Shown here: piece by piece, positions 55,612 to 64,000 of the stretch
Layout of the letters: every line of letters starts with the position of its first letter
Numbering within the stretch: the first letter of the stretch is position 1
From: Bacteroidales bacterium
GTDB taxonomy: Bacteria; Bacteroidota; Bacteroidia; Bacteroidales; FEN-979
DNA length: 64,000 bases
Assembly (NCBI GenBank): GCA_028706295.1
Contig: JAQWBQ010000009.1
Location: 8,110 to 72,109 of the forward strand
Direction of reading: 5' to 3'
Program-made: the position numbers and the translations under genes
The notes under the pieces: model-generated
Database searches by the model: none
Seen by the model: only the letters and a program-made list of their open reading frames with translations
What the model was told of the DNA's origin: nothing

Positions 55612-55884
55612 TTATGATGGTTGCAGATTTCTTTGTTCCGTTATGAAGGCGGCGATGCTATTGACAGAACGGATCACTTCCCGGGCTAGGTTTTGATCGT
55701 TGATGCGAATACCATAAGTTCGCTGGATAGCCATAATGATTTCAATTGCATCGACCGAGTCAAGCGTCAGCGCGTTGCCTCCCCCAAAGAGAGGTTTTTC
55801 GTCATCCACCGCGGCAGGGTCTATATTTTCGATTGCCAGGGTAGACATGATCAGTTTTTTTATTTCAAGTTTCAATTCTTCCAT
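55612..55884 (-). CDS. Acyl carrier protein
   Basis: 90 aa, MEELKLEIKKLI..PLFGG..LDSVDAIE with the phosphopantetheine Ser. True start is ATG 55884, inside track ORF 55612-56034. Confidence 0.92.
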   Translation of the reverse strand: MEELKLEIKKLIMSTLAIENIDPAAVDDEKPLFGGGNALTLDSVDAIEIIMAIQRTYGIRINDQNLAREVIRSVNSIAAFITEQRNLQPS

Positions 55885-55889
55885 AGTGG

Positions 55890-56894
55890 TCAAACGGTCT
55901 TCGATAACTTCCTGAAAAAATTCTCTTCCACGTCGGCGCGGTCGCGGATCATATCGCCTAACTGTTTTAATTTTTCGGCGCCAAGGTCCCGGTTCTTGCC
56001 GATCCGGGCGGCAAAAAGTGAAATTTCCCTCCACCCGTCGCCGATAAGCATGAGTTCGGCCGAAAGATCCCGCAATTCGGACTTATTCAGGATTTCGGAT
56101 GCCTGCTGAAGAAAAGTGGCATAGATGTACCTGAATCCGGCCCCACCGGTTCCCTGATCTTCCAAAAGAATGTTGATCTTCATTATTTCGTGCGAAAGAT
56201 GTTCGGTATCGCGGGCGATGGCAGGCCATTCGAGGATCTTGCGGGAAAACATCCGCATTCCCCGGATACCGAGGAAGGGGATCGGGATTTTCAGCATGTT
56301 GAAGCAGGCTTTCCGGATGCCTCTCTCCACAGCCTTTTTCATATCGATTTCGGTCGGGATCCGGTCGAGGTGGTACAAAAAACCCTTTGGTGACATTTCA
56401 CCGCCGGCAAACCTTCCCTTTTGAAGCGATGTTGCTTCGAGTTCGACCATCTTCGGGAAATAGGCATCGCTGATAAGATATCGGGTTCCCTGCCGGCCGA
56501 CTACCACCATAAAATGGACATTGATATGGACCCGCTCCCAGGATGGCACGTAGTCAAGGTAGAAGAAATCGACCTGGCAGGCCGTCGGGATTTTCCGGTC
56601 GATAAGGTCATCAAGTGCAGTCATTCCCGATGCCGGATCTTTGAATGCGTAAGTTTTGAACTTCACACCCAGGCGTTTTTCGATATCCACGCGCATCTGC
56701 CCGGGCTTATTGCGAACAATAAAGGTCGGGAATGCAAAAGATTTCATCTTATGGAAGTAACCGAAAAAGATCCCGCCGGATATGCCGAAAACCAGGGGTT
56801 CGGTAATGTCCAGTCCACCAAAATTCAATAGTGATGTTATGGTCCCCGATTCGCAGTGGGCCGCCATCTTATGTTTAAAGTCGAGTTCCGTCAT
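55890..56894 (-). CDS. BtrH_N/DUF4872-family papain-like transacylase/peptidase
   Basis: FKHKMAAHCESG, EPLVFGISGGIFF, VDFFYLDY, VHFMVVVG, ISD, EQ-like GTGGAGFRYIYATFLQQA. Confidence 0.8.
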   Translation of the reverse strand: MTELDFKHKMAAHCESGTITSLLNFGGLDITEPLVFGISGGIFFGYFHKMKSFAFPTFIVRNKPGQMRVDIEKRLGVKFKTYAFKDPASGMTALDDLIDRKIPTACQVDFFYLDYVPSWERVHINVHFMVVVGRQGTRYLISDAYFPKMVELEATSLQKGRFAGGEMSPKGFLYHLDRIPTEIDMKKAVERGIRKACFNMLKIPIPFLGIRGMRMFSRKILEWPAIARDTEHLSHEIMKINILLEDQGTGGAGFRYIYATFLQQASEILNKSELRDLSAELMLIGDGWREISLFAARIGKNRDLGAEKLKQLGDMIRDRADVEENFFRKLSKTV

Positions 56895-57401
56895 CTAAGT
56901 CCGCTCCGAAATTTTGGTGAGCACCACATAGGGATTTTCGGTCTGATCCTGTATTACTTCGAGATGATCGGTACGATTTTCAAGGATCATGGCCGATTCA
57001 AACTGTTCTTTGTTTTTGATCAGCACGACCTGTAAAAGGTTTGCCAGAGGAACATTAAATACGCCTGCATAGCGGGAGAGCTCGGCAGCCGTCACCTCAG
57101 CAAAACCGGATGGATCCAGATGTTTCTTTACCCGTGATTTCCGGATGGCAGCCCGTGCTGCAAGCTCCGAAAGAGTCAGGTCTTCAAGTACCATGAAATA
57201 TTTCACAACGCTGATGGAACCCCTGATAAGCTGGTCTCTGAGTGCAGATTCAAGGTTTTTTTTCTTCAGAAAAAAATCATCCAGGTAATTGGCTGTGAGA
57301 TAGGATCCGGTTTGAATGGGACCGTACTTTCCGTCATCCTTTTCAACATAAAGAATCATCTGTTGATCAGGGCAATCCACAAATCCTTCTTTTTCTTTCA
57401 T
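56895..57401 (-). CDS. Hypothetical protein with C-terminal HTH-like segment
   Basis: ILYVEKDDGKY..TGS; LTLSELAARAAIRKSRVKKHL..ELSRYAGVFNVP. Start is ATG 57401; abuts the BtrH gene. Confidence 0.65.
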   Translation of the reverse strand: MKEKEGFVDCPDQQMILYVEKDDGKYGPIQTGSYLTANYLDDFFLKKKNLESALRDQLIRGSISVVKYFMVLEDLTLSELAARAAIRKSRVKKHLDPSGFAEVTAAELSRYAGVFNVPLANLLQVVLIKNKEQFESAMILENRTDHLEVIQDQTENPYVVLTKISERT

Positions 57402-57420
57402 ACCATGACCAGTAAGTGCT

Positions 57421-58608
57421 TTATTTACGCTTTGCAAAAATAACAATGCTGAAGAACATTGCCAAACCAAAAAAACCCATCAGTGAAAGGGTTCGGGGTA
57501 CGATATCACACAGGGTTCCGTTGCGGACGAACAGGTCAAGATAGTTGTCGATTCCCCATCGGAGGGGCGAAGCCAGACTGATTACCCGGATGGCCTCTGG
57601 CAACAGATGGACCGGCAAAAAGACGCCACTGATCACACCGAGCAGAACCACGATCACCGATCCGAACATGGCGGCTTGTCCATGGGTTGTGGCGACTGAG
57701 CCGATGATCATTCCGAAACCGATGGCTGCGAGCGCGGAGCCAAAGGTCGTAATGGCTATGGCAAGGTTGTTTGATCCGGTTTCCAGGGGCGGGAAACCAA
57801 AGAGCAGGGGAAACACCTGTTTTCCGATCCACAGGATCAACAAAAACTGCAGGAGGCAAACCAGGAAGTAGATGATCACTTTCCCTGAAAGGATCGACAG
57901 CAACCGTACAGGCAGCGTACGGAGCCGCAAATAACTTCCCTCGTTTTTTTCCGTGATAAGGCTTCCGGAAAGGGGTATCACGATGAAAAACATGGCAAAC
58001 AAGATGAATCCCGGAACATTGTTCTGGATGACATTGGGTACGATCGATTCCCGGTTGCGCGATGGGTAGAGGCAGGTCATGGGAGGAAGCGATTTCTGTT
58101 TCTGTTCGGCCATTACCCTGATCACCGAAGCAAGTTCTCCCGAAAGTCCGTCGATGATTTCGTTCATCGCAAGCCGGGCCTGAACACTTTTAATAAGGTA
58201 TTGAAGAGAATTCAGGATTGATGTTCTGTAACCCTGGTCCAGGGTCGGGTCCACCCAGATCCGGATGGTTGAATCGGGATGATCCAGATCGATTCCGAAT
58301 TTATATTTACCCTGAGCAATAAGACCGGAAGCCAGTTCCGGGGTAAGTGGCGCTTCAGGAACCTGGCGGACAACAGTAAAAAATCCCGATGAATCGAGCG
58401 CTTTGCAAACCTCGCGCGAAATGAGCGACGGTTTTTGGTCGACAACCAGAACCGATGTGCGTTCACGCTGGTATTTCAGCGCGTTTTCCTGTGCCAGTGT
58501 AACGACAAAAATCAGCAGAACCGGCATAAAAAAGAGAATGAACAGTCCCGGAATATCGCGAAGCAGGAGAAGCGCTTCCCTGACCAGTATTGATCGGAGT
58601 TTATGCAT
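57421..58608 (-). CDS. ABC-2 type transporter permease
   Basis: REALLLLRD, VVDQ, NVPGFILFAMFF, ITEKNEG..LRL, GVFLPV..PEAIR..SPLRWG. Confidence 0.9.
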   Translation of the reverse strand: MHKLRSILVREALLLLRDIPGLFILFFMPVLLIFVVTLAQENALKYQRERTSVLVVDQKPSLISREVCKALDSSGFFTVVRQVPEAPLTPELASGLIAQGKYKFGIDLDHPDSTIRIWVDPTLDQGYRTSILNSLQYLIKSVQARLAMNEIIDGLSGELASVIRVMAEQKQKSLPPMTCLYPSRNRESIVPNVIQNNVPGFILFAMFFIVIPLSGSLITEKNEGSYLRLRTLPVRLLSILSGKVIIYFLVCLLQFLLILWIGKQVFPLLFGFPPLETGSNNLAIAITTFGSALAAIGFGMIIGSVATTHGQAAMFGSVIVVLLGVISGVFLPVHLLPEAIRVISLASPLRWGIDNYLDLFVRNGTLCDIVPRTLSLMGFFGLAMFFSIVIFAKRK

Positions 58609-58630
58609 CAGGCAAAAGTAACAAGAAATG

Positions 58631-59710
58631 TCAATTCTTTCTGATTTCGATCAGGCTGATCGGGGAAATAGTAGGAATGACCCGGGAGCAGTGCAGGCCG
58701 GAATTTTCGATCAAACGCAGGAATTCTTCTTTCGTCCGTTCTTTTCCACCGGGCATGGTCGCAAGCATCTGTATATCGAGCAGTTTCGACAGGGAGGGTT
58801 CATTTCCCACCGGAACAACCATATCGATCACGAGGATCCGGGAATGATTGTCCATCCGGTCCGAAATATTTTTCAGAAGTTTCGTGCACAGATCATCATT
58901 CCAGTTATGAATGATGTTTTTAAGGATATAGAGGTCGGCTGACAGGGGTACTTCTTTGAAAAAATCACCGGTAATCAGGTTGATCCTGTCACTCAGCCCG
59001 TACCCTTCGATCAGGGCCGGCGCATTGGTGAGCGCTTCAGCCGTATCAAACAGGATCCCGCGTGTCTTGTCGGTTCCCGAAAGGATGTTTGACAGCAGAA
59101 ATCCTTCGCCTCCTCCGATATCGGCGATTACGGGGAACTTTGAAAAGTCGTAGGCAATCAGGATGGGATCCAGTCCGAGAAACGACAGGTTGGACATCGA
59201 TTTATCAAAGATACTGCTCTCATCCGGATGGTTCTTTAAATAGTCGTAAATACCCATGCCGTATTTATGAGAGAATGCATCATTTCCGCTCCTGACTGCG
59301 TGTTCCAGATCGCCGAGGAGGTTCCAGTTCACCGGACCCAGGTGGTGGAGGATCATATATCTCAGGGATTGCGGACCGTCGAGCAATCCACGGGAAAGGG
59401 AATTCAGTGCGAAACTTCCGTTGCTTTTTTGTTTAAATATTCCCACCCCGGCCAGGGCCCGCATCAGTCGGTATATGGCTTCAGGGTCGGCCTTTACCCT
59501 GTTTGCAATGTCACCTGAGGAGCGGGGTTTTTCCTCCAGATGCCTGGCAATATTAAGCTTCGCGGCAATATAAAGGCAGGGAAGTACCCAGAAGTTCTGA
59601 AATTGTTCATAGAGGACCACACTACCGGGAAAGGTCCGGCGGTTAAGCCTGATTAAAAAGGTGCGGAATCTATTGATGGCATTAATGAGCCAGGTGGGAG
59701 GAAGAATCAT
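58631..59710 (-). CDS. Small-molecule O-methyltransferase (Methyltransf_2 with dimerisation domain)
   Basis: YIAAKLNIA..LYR-like IYRLMRALAGVGIF, IADIGGGEG, GDFF, LKNIIHNW, GGKERT. Confidence 0.9.
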   Translation of the reverse strand: MILPPTWLINAINRFRTFLIRLNRRTFPGSVVLYEQFQNFWVLPCLYIAAKLNIARHLEEKPRSSGDIANRVKADPEAIYRLMRALAGVGIFKQKSNGSFALNSLSRGLLDGPQSLRYMILHHLGPVNWNLLGDLEHAVRSGNDAFSHKYGMGIYDYLKNHPDESSIFDKSMSNLSFLGLDPILIAYDFSKFPVIADIGGGEGFLLSNILSGTDKTRGILFDTAEALTNAPALIEGYGLSDRINLITGDFFKEVPLSADLYILKNIIHNWNDDLCTKLLKNISDRMDNHSRILVIDMVVPVGNEPSLSKLLDIQMLATMPGGKERTKEEFLRLIENSGLHCSRVIPTISPISLIEIRKN

Positions 59711-61515
59711 GCCAATACTTCTTCGTTCTGATGAAGCGGAAGTTTTTTTAATTCAAGTTCACATACTTCCAAATCCGAGATCAGTTTTTTCTTTTTATCG
59801 AACAAGGTTGTTTTCACTTGCGAAAACAGCTCTTTGTAGTATTGAATACCGTTGCAGAGGTTATCCCTGAAATCAGCGAAGTACTCCTGTTGTTTTTTCG
59901 TCCAGGGAAGAGAGGTCTCATTCATTTTCTTCCTGAGATAATCAATATAGATCGTCAGTTCCTTAATGAACATGTTAGGCCTGTCATTGCGGCTGATGAT
60001 GTTTATTTTACCGTAGATATGATCCACCATTTCCTTAAGTGTCATCACCTCTGAAAAATAGGCCATATTAGGTCCCGGACATATTGAAACACCTTTCTTT
60101 TCAACGCTGGTATCCAGTTCATTCACCAGAAGGGCTGAGGTGCCTAAGCCGACGCAGATACAGGATTTATTGACTATTTTACGGTATTCGGCCTGAAATT
60201 CATCATCGGGGAGACCACTGGCTTTTAATTCCTCAATTTTAAGTTTTTGATATTTCCGTGATGCGGTGCAGAGCGTAGGTTCTCCGAATTCATTATTGAG
60301 GGCGGCATATTTTTTATGACATGGATTTCCAGGTGTATTTTGATGGATATAGGTCTCTTTCTCTTTATCTTTGGTATTGCCTTTCAGATTATTGAATGGC
60401 ACACCCAGCGGGCTGATATCACTGATAAACAGATACTCTTCCCTGGCTTTGCAAAGCAGATCAAGGGTTTGCTCATCCACGTTGACCACTTCGGGAACCA
60501 ACAGGAAGGGTGTTCCCCAGCCCACGGAATCGATCTGGTACTGATCAGCCAGGAACTGGTGTTCTTCAAATGTACCAACGCCGCCTTGTGCAGTGATTTT
60601 AATTTCAAGCGCGTTTTCGGGGCAAGGTCGGTTTTTTGCTTTCAGGGCAACCTTAAGCAGTTCAAAAGTTTGGTAGATGAGGTCCTCACGGTTACGGTTG
60701 ATCTCTTCGAGTACCGGTCCAAGGAGGAAACCGTTCGTCGGAAAGGCATGCCCTCCGCAGTTTAAACCTGATTCGATGCGGTATTCAGAAACCCACAGGC
60801 CCTTTTTCGCGAGGTATTTTCCCTGGATCAGCGCCGACCGGTGGTCACTCACTTTAAGGGTTATTTTTTTCTTCAGGGTGAAATTCGTATCCGGATAGAA
60901 GTCATCAAAGGTCTCCAGGTAATTGTATAAGCGGGGACTCATCCCGGCCGATAATACAACAGATGAATTCAGGTCGCTGTTCACGAATCCACGCAAGGCA
61001 GCATGTCCGTCATTGTATTTAGCCGGAAGTTTTACATGATCCTTATAGTTTTCTTTATCCACTTTGGTCATGATATTCACATCGATGCTGCCCATGGAAA
61101 GATTTTCATGGATCCAATCTTTTAAATCGAGGTTATCCCAATCCTGTTTGAATTGTTCGAATTTCTGTTTAAGGGCTGAAGAATCCTGAAGAAGGTCAAT
61201 ATATTTCGAAAATTCACTGCTCTTCTGATCGCAGGTGGTTTTCAGTTCTTCAAATTTATCATGGGCGATTTTATTGACCATATTGAGATAGGCCGTGATC
61301 CGCTTTGCCCTGAAATCATCGATTTTTTTTGAGATTGCCTGAAATGGCAAGTCAAATTTTTTGCTGTAAAACGCTCTGAGTTTTTCCATTAACATATCAT
61401 CCAACAATGAAATCACGGATGAAATACCCAGATGAGCAACTTTTACCGGTGTATCTATGGAATATCCAATCCCAAGTACGGGGATATGGAATGAATGCGG
61501 GTTTATTTTATTCAT
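59707..61515 (-). CDS. Conserved hypothetical; probable FMN TIM-barrel oxidoreductase (FabK/NMO-like) with Cys-rich C-terminus
   Basis: IESGLNCGGH, ITAQGGVG, DSVGWGTPFL, ISPLGVP; PCHK..LCTAS..CICVGL..ICPGPN. Confidence 0.55.
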   Translation of the reverse strand: MNKINPHSFHIPVLGIGYSIDTPVKVAHLGISSVISLLDDMLMEKLRAFYSKKFDLPFQAISKKIDDFRAKRITAYLNMVNKIAHDKFEELKTTCDQKSSEFSKYIDLLQDSSALKQKFEQFKQDWDNLDLKDWIHENLSMGSIDVNIMTKVDKENYKDHVKLPAKYNDGHAALRGFVNSDLNSSVVLSAGMSPRLYNYLETFDDFYPDTNFTLKKKITLKVSDHRSALIQGKYLAKKGLWVSEYRIESGLNCGGHAFPTNGFLLGPVLEEINRNREDLIYQTFELLKVALKAKNRPCPENALEIKITAQGGVGTFEEHQFLADQYQIDSVGWGTPFLLVPEVVNVDEQTLDLLCKAREEYLFISDISPLGVPFNNLKGNTKDKEKETYIHQNTPGNPCHKKYAALNNEFGEPTLCTASRKYQKLKIEELKASGLPDDEFQAEYRKIVNKSCICVGLGTSALLVNELDTSVEKKGVSICPGPNMAYFSEVMTLKEMVDHIYGKINIISRNDRPNMFIKELTIYIDYLRKKMNETSLPWTKKQQEYFADFRDNLCNGIQYYKELFSQVKTTLFDKKKKLISDLEVCELELKKLPLHQNEEVLA

Positions 61516-61553
61516 TAAAGGGGCTAAGGAAATGCAAAGGTACAGATTATTAT

Positions 61554-63974
61554 CTAAAACTGGATTCTCCAGGTTCCCATAGGGAAAAAGACCATGTTGA
61601 AAAAATCCCTGATCTCTCCGGTTTTCGGGTCGATCCGTTGCATGGAGATGTTGGTGAAGGCGGTACGATATTGAAGGTCTACGGAAAATTCGATGTTGTA
61701 CCCGGGCAGGTTTCTGCGGATTCCGAACCTGAAAGCGATCCTTTTATATTCGGGATACCGCGGAATATAAGCCTGTTGCCAGTCGTAAACCGCTCCGCCG
61801 GTGGCTGTTGTGGCCTCTACATCATAGGGCACATAAGGACTTCCGCCGGTCCAGGTAGCCCGAAGTCCGAACGACATGACTCCCCATTTTCGTTTTCCCA
61901 TCACGAATTCATATCCGCCCGCGGCATTCAGCGCGTAGTTTACGTTGAATGCCGATGATCTTGATGCACCATCCGAACCAAGGTATCCGGAGTTGAACAG
62001 CGAGGCAGTTATAAGGAAATAGTAATTCTTCCTGAAGAAATGTTCGAAGGTGAACTCGATGCCATAATTATGGCCGGTGCCCTGATTTACCAGGCTGTCG
62101 GCATATTGCCGGTCGATGAAAAAATCATGACCCTGGTTGCTGAGTGCATAAGAGGGAATGGATTCTTTTACCGGGATATCGTACAAATACTGGTAGTACA
62201 ATTCGGTTCTGAACCTGAGGTCTTTATTGATCAGGTAGTTATATCCCAGGGCGCATTGAGCGCTCCGTGAAAAATCCAGGTTAAGATTTGGTTGAAAGGT
62301 CGTTCCGTCGCTCAAAGGACTTAAAATAAAATAGATCACACGGGGTTGCAATTGGCTGTAAAGTCCGGCTCCGAAGTCAAGGGCATGTTTTTCGGCGATA
62401 TCCCATTCAAACCCGAATCGCGGCTCAATGCTCCAGGAGTTGTTCAGCGACAGCCAGGCACCGTAAAGTCCAAGGGTGGCCGAAAACCGTTCGCTTGCGC
62501 GATGGTGCCACTGCGAAAACCCGCGTAACATCGACATGAATTCATCCGACCGGGTATGGACCACAAACCTGCCCTTCGACATGGCGCTATCGGCGAACGA
62601 CATCTGAAAGAAATCGAGCGATAATCCGCTGTTCAGGACATTCGCGGCTGAGAATTTCCGGGTGATCTGCGAGGAAAATGAGTATTTAAATTCGGTGGAA
62701 CGTTCGCCGGCCCAGGGCGAAGGGGTTTGCTGAACATTTGAGAAGGTATCGATCTTTGTCCGGGTTTCTGAAGCGACCAGGTACAATATGTTTTTCCAAA
62801 GTATCTCTTTTTTCAGAAGGATTTGATGGGAAATTCCGAGAACCCCGATATCGGAACCATTCGAAAGATCCTCTCCATAATCGGGGAAGAGCCAGTCGCC
62901 GGGATCTTTATCGCTGTCGAAGAGATTTATGGCGCTCAGTCCGCCGATACCGGTCAGGGTAAAGGTGCCGGCTTTCCGGGTCGGGATGGTGACTTTCAGG
63001 TTAAGATCCTGATATTTCGGGATGATTCCGGTATTGATACCGAACAAGCTCAGGAATTGAAGGGGAGAATACCGGTATGCCACGAGGTACGATGAGCCAT
63101 TCGATTTCGAAATGGGTCCTTCGGCGCCGAATTCCAGGCCGTTCCAGCCGATTTCGAACCAGTACCGTCGTTTTTCGGTGTTCCCGTTCCGCATCCTGAG
63201 GTCGAAGATCCCTGCGAGTGTATTGCCGTACTGAGCCGGAAAAGCTCCCGTGAGGAAATCGGAATTGGTGATCAGGTTGTTGTTGAGGATGGTCACAGGC
63301 CCCCCGGTGGTTCCGACTGCCGCGAAATGGTTGGGATTTGGGATCTCCATATCATCGATGCGCCATTGCAGCCCTGCCGGTGAGTTGCCCCTGACGATGA
63401 TGTCATTCCGGTTGTCGATGCCGCTGGTAACCCCGGCAAAGTTGGCGACCATCCGGGCGGGGTCGTTGTAGCTTCCTGCATATCGGAATGTCTCATCGAC
63501 ACTGAACGACCGGATGCTGACGGTCGCCATTTTATTGATGGATTCATTTTTTTGATAGTCAGCCCTGATTTCAACCTCCGGTGCGTGCTGTGGCCGCTCT
63601 TCCAGGTACACCGTCAGCGAGGTCTCTTTCCCGGTCGTAACAATGAGCGGTTCTGTTATCGTAGTGGCATAGCCCACAAAGGAGATTTTCAACCGGTATT
63701 GTCCGATTTTCAGGCGCTGAATGCGGAATTTGCCCAGGGTATCTGTGGTAGTGCCGATCAAAGGATCGGAATCCGTGATGATGACCGTTGCTCCTGGTAA
63801 AGGTTTAAGGGTTTGATTGTCGAGAACCGTCCCGGCAATTGCGGACCGGAGCACCTGCTGACCGTTCAGTTCACGAGAAGACCAGGAACAAAGCAGGATC
63901 AGGAGCAAAAACTGGAAAAACGTGGCCCTGAAGGGCAAAATCCGGAATTGATATTTCAGCAGGCTGCATCTCAT
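61554..63974 (-). CDS. TonB-dependent receptor with N-terminal carboxypeptidase-regulatory-like domain
   Basis: Signal LNG|QQ; GTVLD..PLPGATV; plug DPARMV..GV..NDIIVRGNSP..NPNHF; C-terminal Phe (WRIQF). ATG 63974 (TTG 63986 possible). Confidence 0.9.
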   Translation of the reverse strand: MRCSLLKYQFRILPFRATFFQFLLLILLCSWSSRELNGQQVLRSAIAGTVLDNQTLKPLPGATVIITDSDPLIGTTTDTLGKFRIQRLKIGQYRLKISFVGYATTITEPLIVTTGKETSLTVYLEERPQHAPEVEIRADYQKNESINKMATVSIRSFSVDETFRYAGSYNDPARMVANFAGVTSGIDNRNDIIVRGNSPAGLQWRIDDMEIPNPNHFAAVGTTGGPVTILNNNLITNSDFLTGAFPAQYGNTLAGIFDLRMRNGNTEKRRYWFEIGWNGLEFGAEGPISKSNGSSYLVAYRYSPLQFLSLFGINTGIIPKYQDLNLKVTIPTRKAGTFTLTGIGGLSAINLFDSDKDPGDWLFPDYGEDLSNGSDIGVLGISHQILLKKEILWKNILYLVASETRTKIDTFSNVQQTPSPWAGERSTEFKYSFSSQITRKFSAANVLNSGLSLDFFQMSFADSAMSKGRFVVHTRSDEFMSMLRGFSQWHHRASERFSATLGLYGAWLSLNNSWSIEPRFGFEWDIAEKHALDFGAGLYSQLQPRVIYFILSPLSDGTTFQPNLNLDFSRSAQCALGYNYLINKDLRFRTELYYQYLYDIPVKESIPSYALSNQGHDFFIDRQYADSLVNQGTGHNYGIEFTFEHFFRKNYYFLITASLFNSGYLGSDGASRSSAFNVNYALNAAGGYEFVMGKRKWGVMSFGLRATWTGGSPYVPYDVEATTATGGAVYDWQQAYIPRYPEYKRIAFRFGIRRNLPGYNIEFSVDLQYRTAFTNISMQRIDPKTGEIRDFFNMVFFPMGTWRIQF

Positions 63975-64000
63975 AACGGATTGCAAGGTTACAGATTTTT

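Noticed and set aside
181-63800. Numerous short antisense or overlapping ORFs in the track (e.g. 4910-5566, 43013-43687, 48304-49008, 61407-61958)
   Set aside because: They lie opposite or within well-supported genes and carry no motifs; shadow ORFs.
1-64000. CRISPR arrays, IS/integrase, prophage, tRNA/rRNA
   Set aside because: No repeat-spacer periodicity, transposase or integrase motifs, or cloverleaf/rRNA signatures. Nearly all sequence is tiled by identified CDS.

Overview
64 kb of chromosome from a member of Bacteroidota, probably Bacteroidales. Evidence: TAnnTTTG/TTTG sigma-A promoters, many signal peptides cleaved before Gln, T9SS CTD/PorP/PorE-type genes, and the conserved ndk-DHH-gldI-FKBP and mutL-rhomboid-rhomboid-EEP gene blocks. 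No rRNA, tRNA, CRISPR, IS or phage genes were seen. 1-17.7 kb is mostly housekeeping (ffh end, folD, queE, PorE-like, thrS-infC-rpmI-rplT, redoxin, DUF4301, XRE-HTH, ndk, DHH, two FKBPs). It includes a 91-bp tandem duplication before folD and a ~590-bp AT-rich spacer carrying four TTACA-N2-TGTAA palindromes. T9SS cargo/PorP genes run from 15.7 to 20.8 kb. 20.8-42.2 kb is an 18-gene minus-strand Wzx/Wzy-type polysaccharide locus with unusual parts: a half-length TolC and no Wza, a Wzc-like protein with an inserted LysM and a degenerate kinase domain, a priming transferase fused to an Asp->Glu receiver and carrying a Cys4 insert, a 46-aa membrane protein missed by the ORF track, a T9SS beta-helix protein and two sensor-less hybrid kinases. 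42.3-52.3 kb holds uvrB, EEP, two rhomboids, mutL, DUF6580, an amidohydrolase and a hypothetical. 52.4-64 kb is a candidate specialised-metabolite cluster: TonB receptor, FabK/NMO-like flavo-FeS protein, O-methyltransferase, orphan ABC permease, HTH-like protein, BtrH-like transacylase, ACP, sulfotransferase, beta-barrel and PaaK-like CoA ligase. It probably continues beyond the right edge. All family assignments come from motif recognition by eye; no database searches were run.
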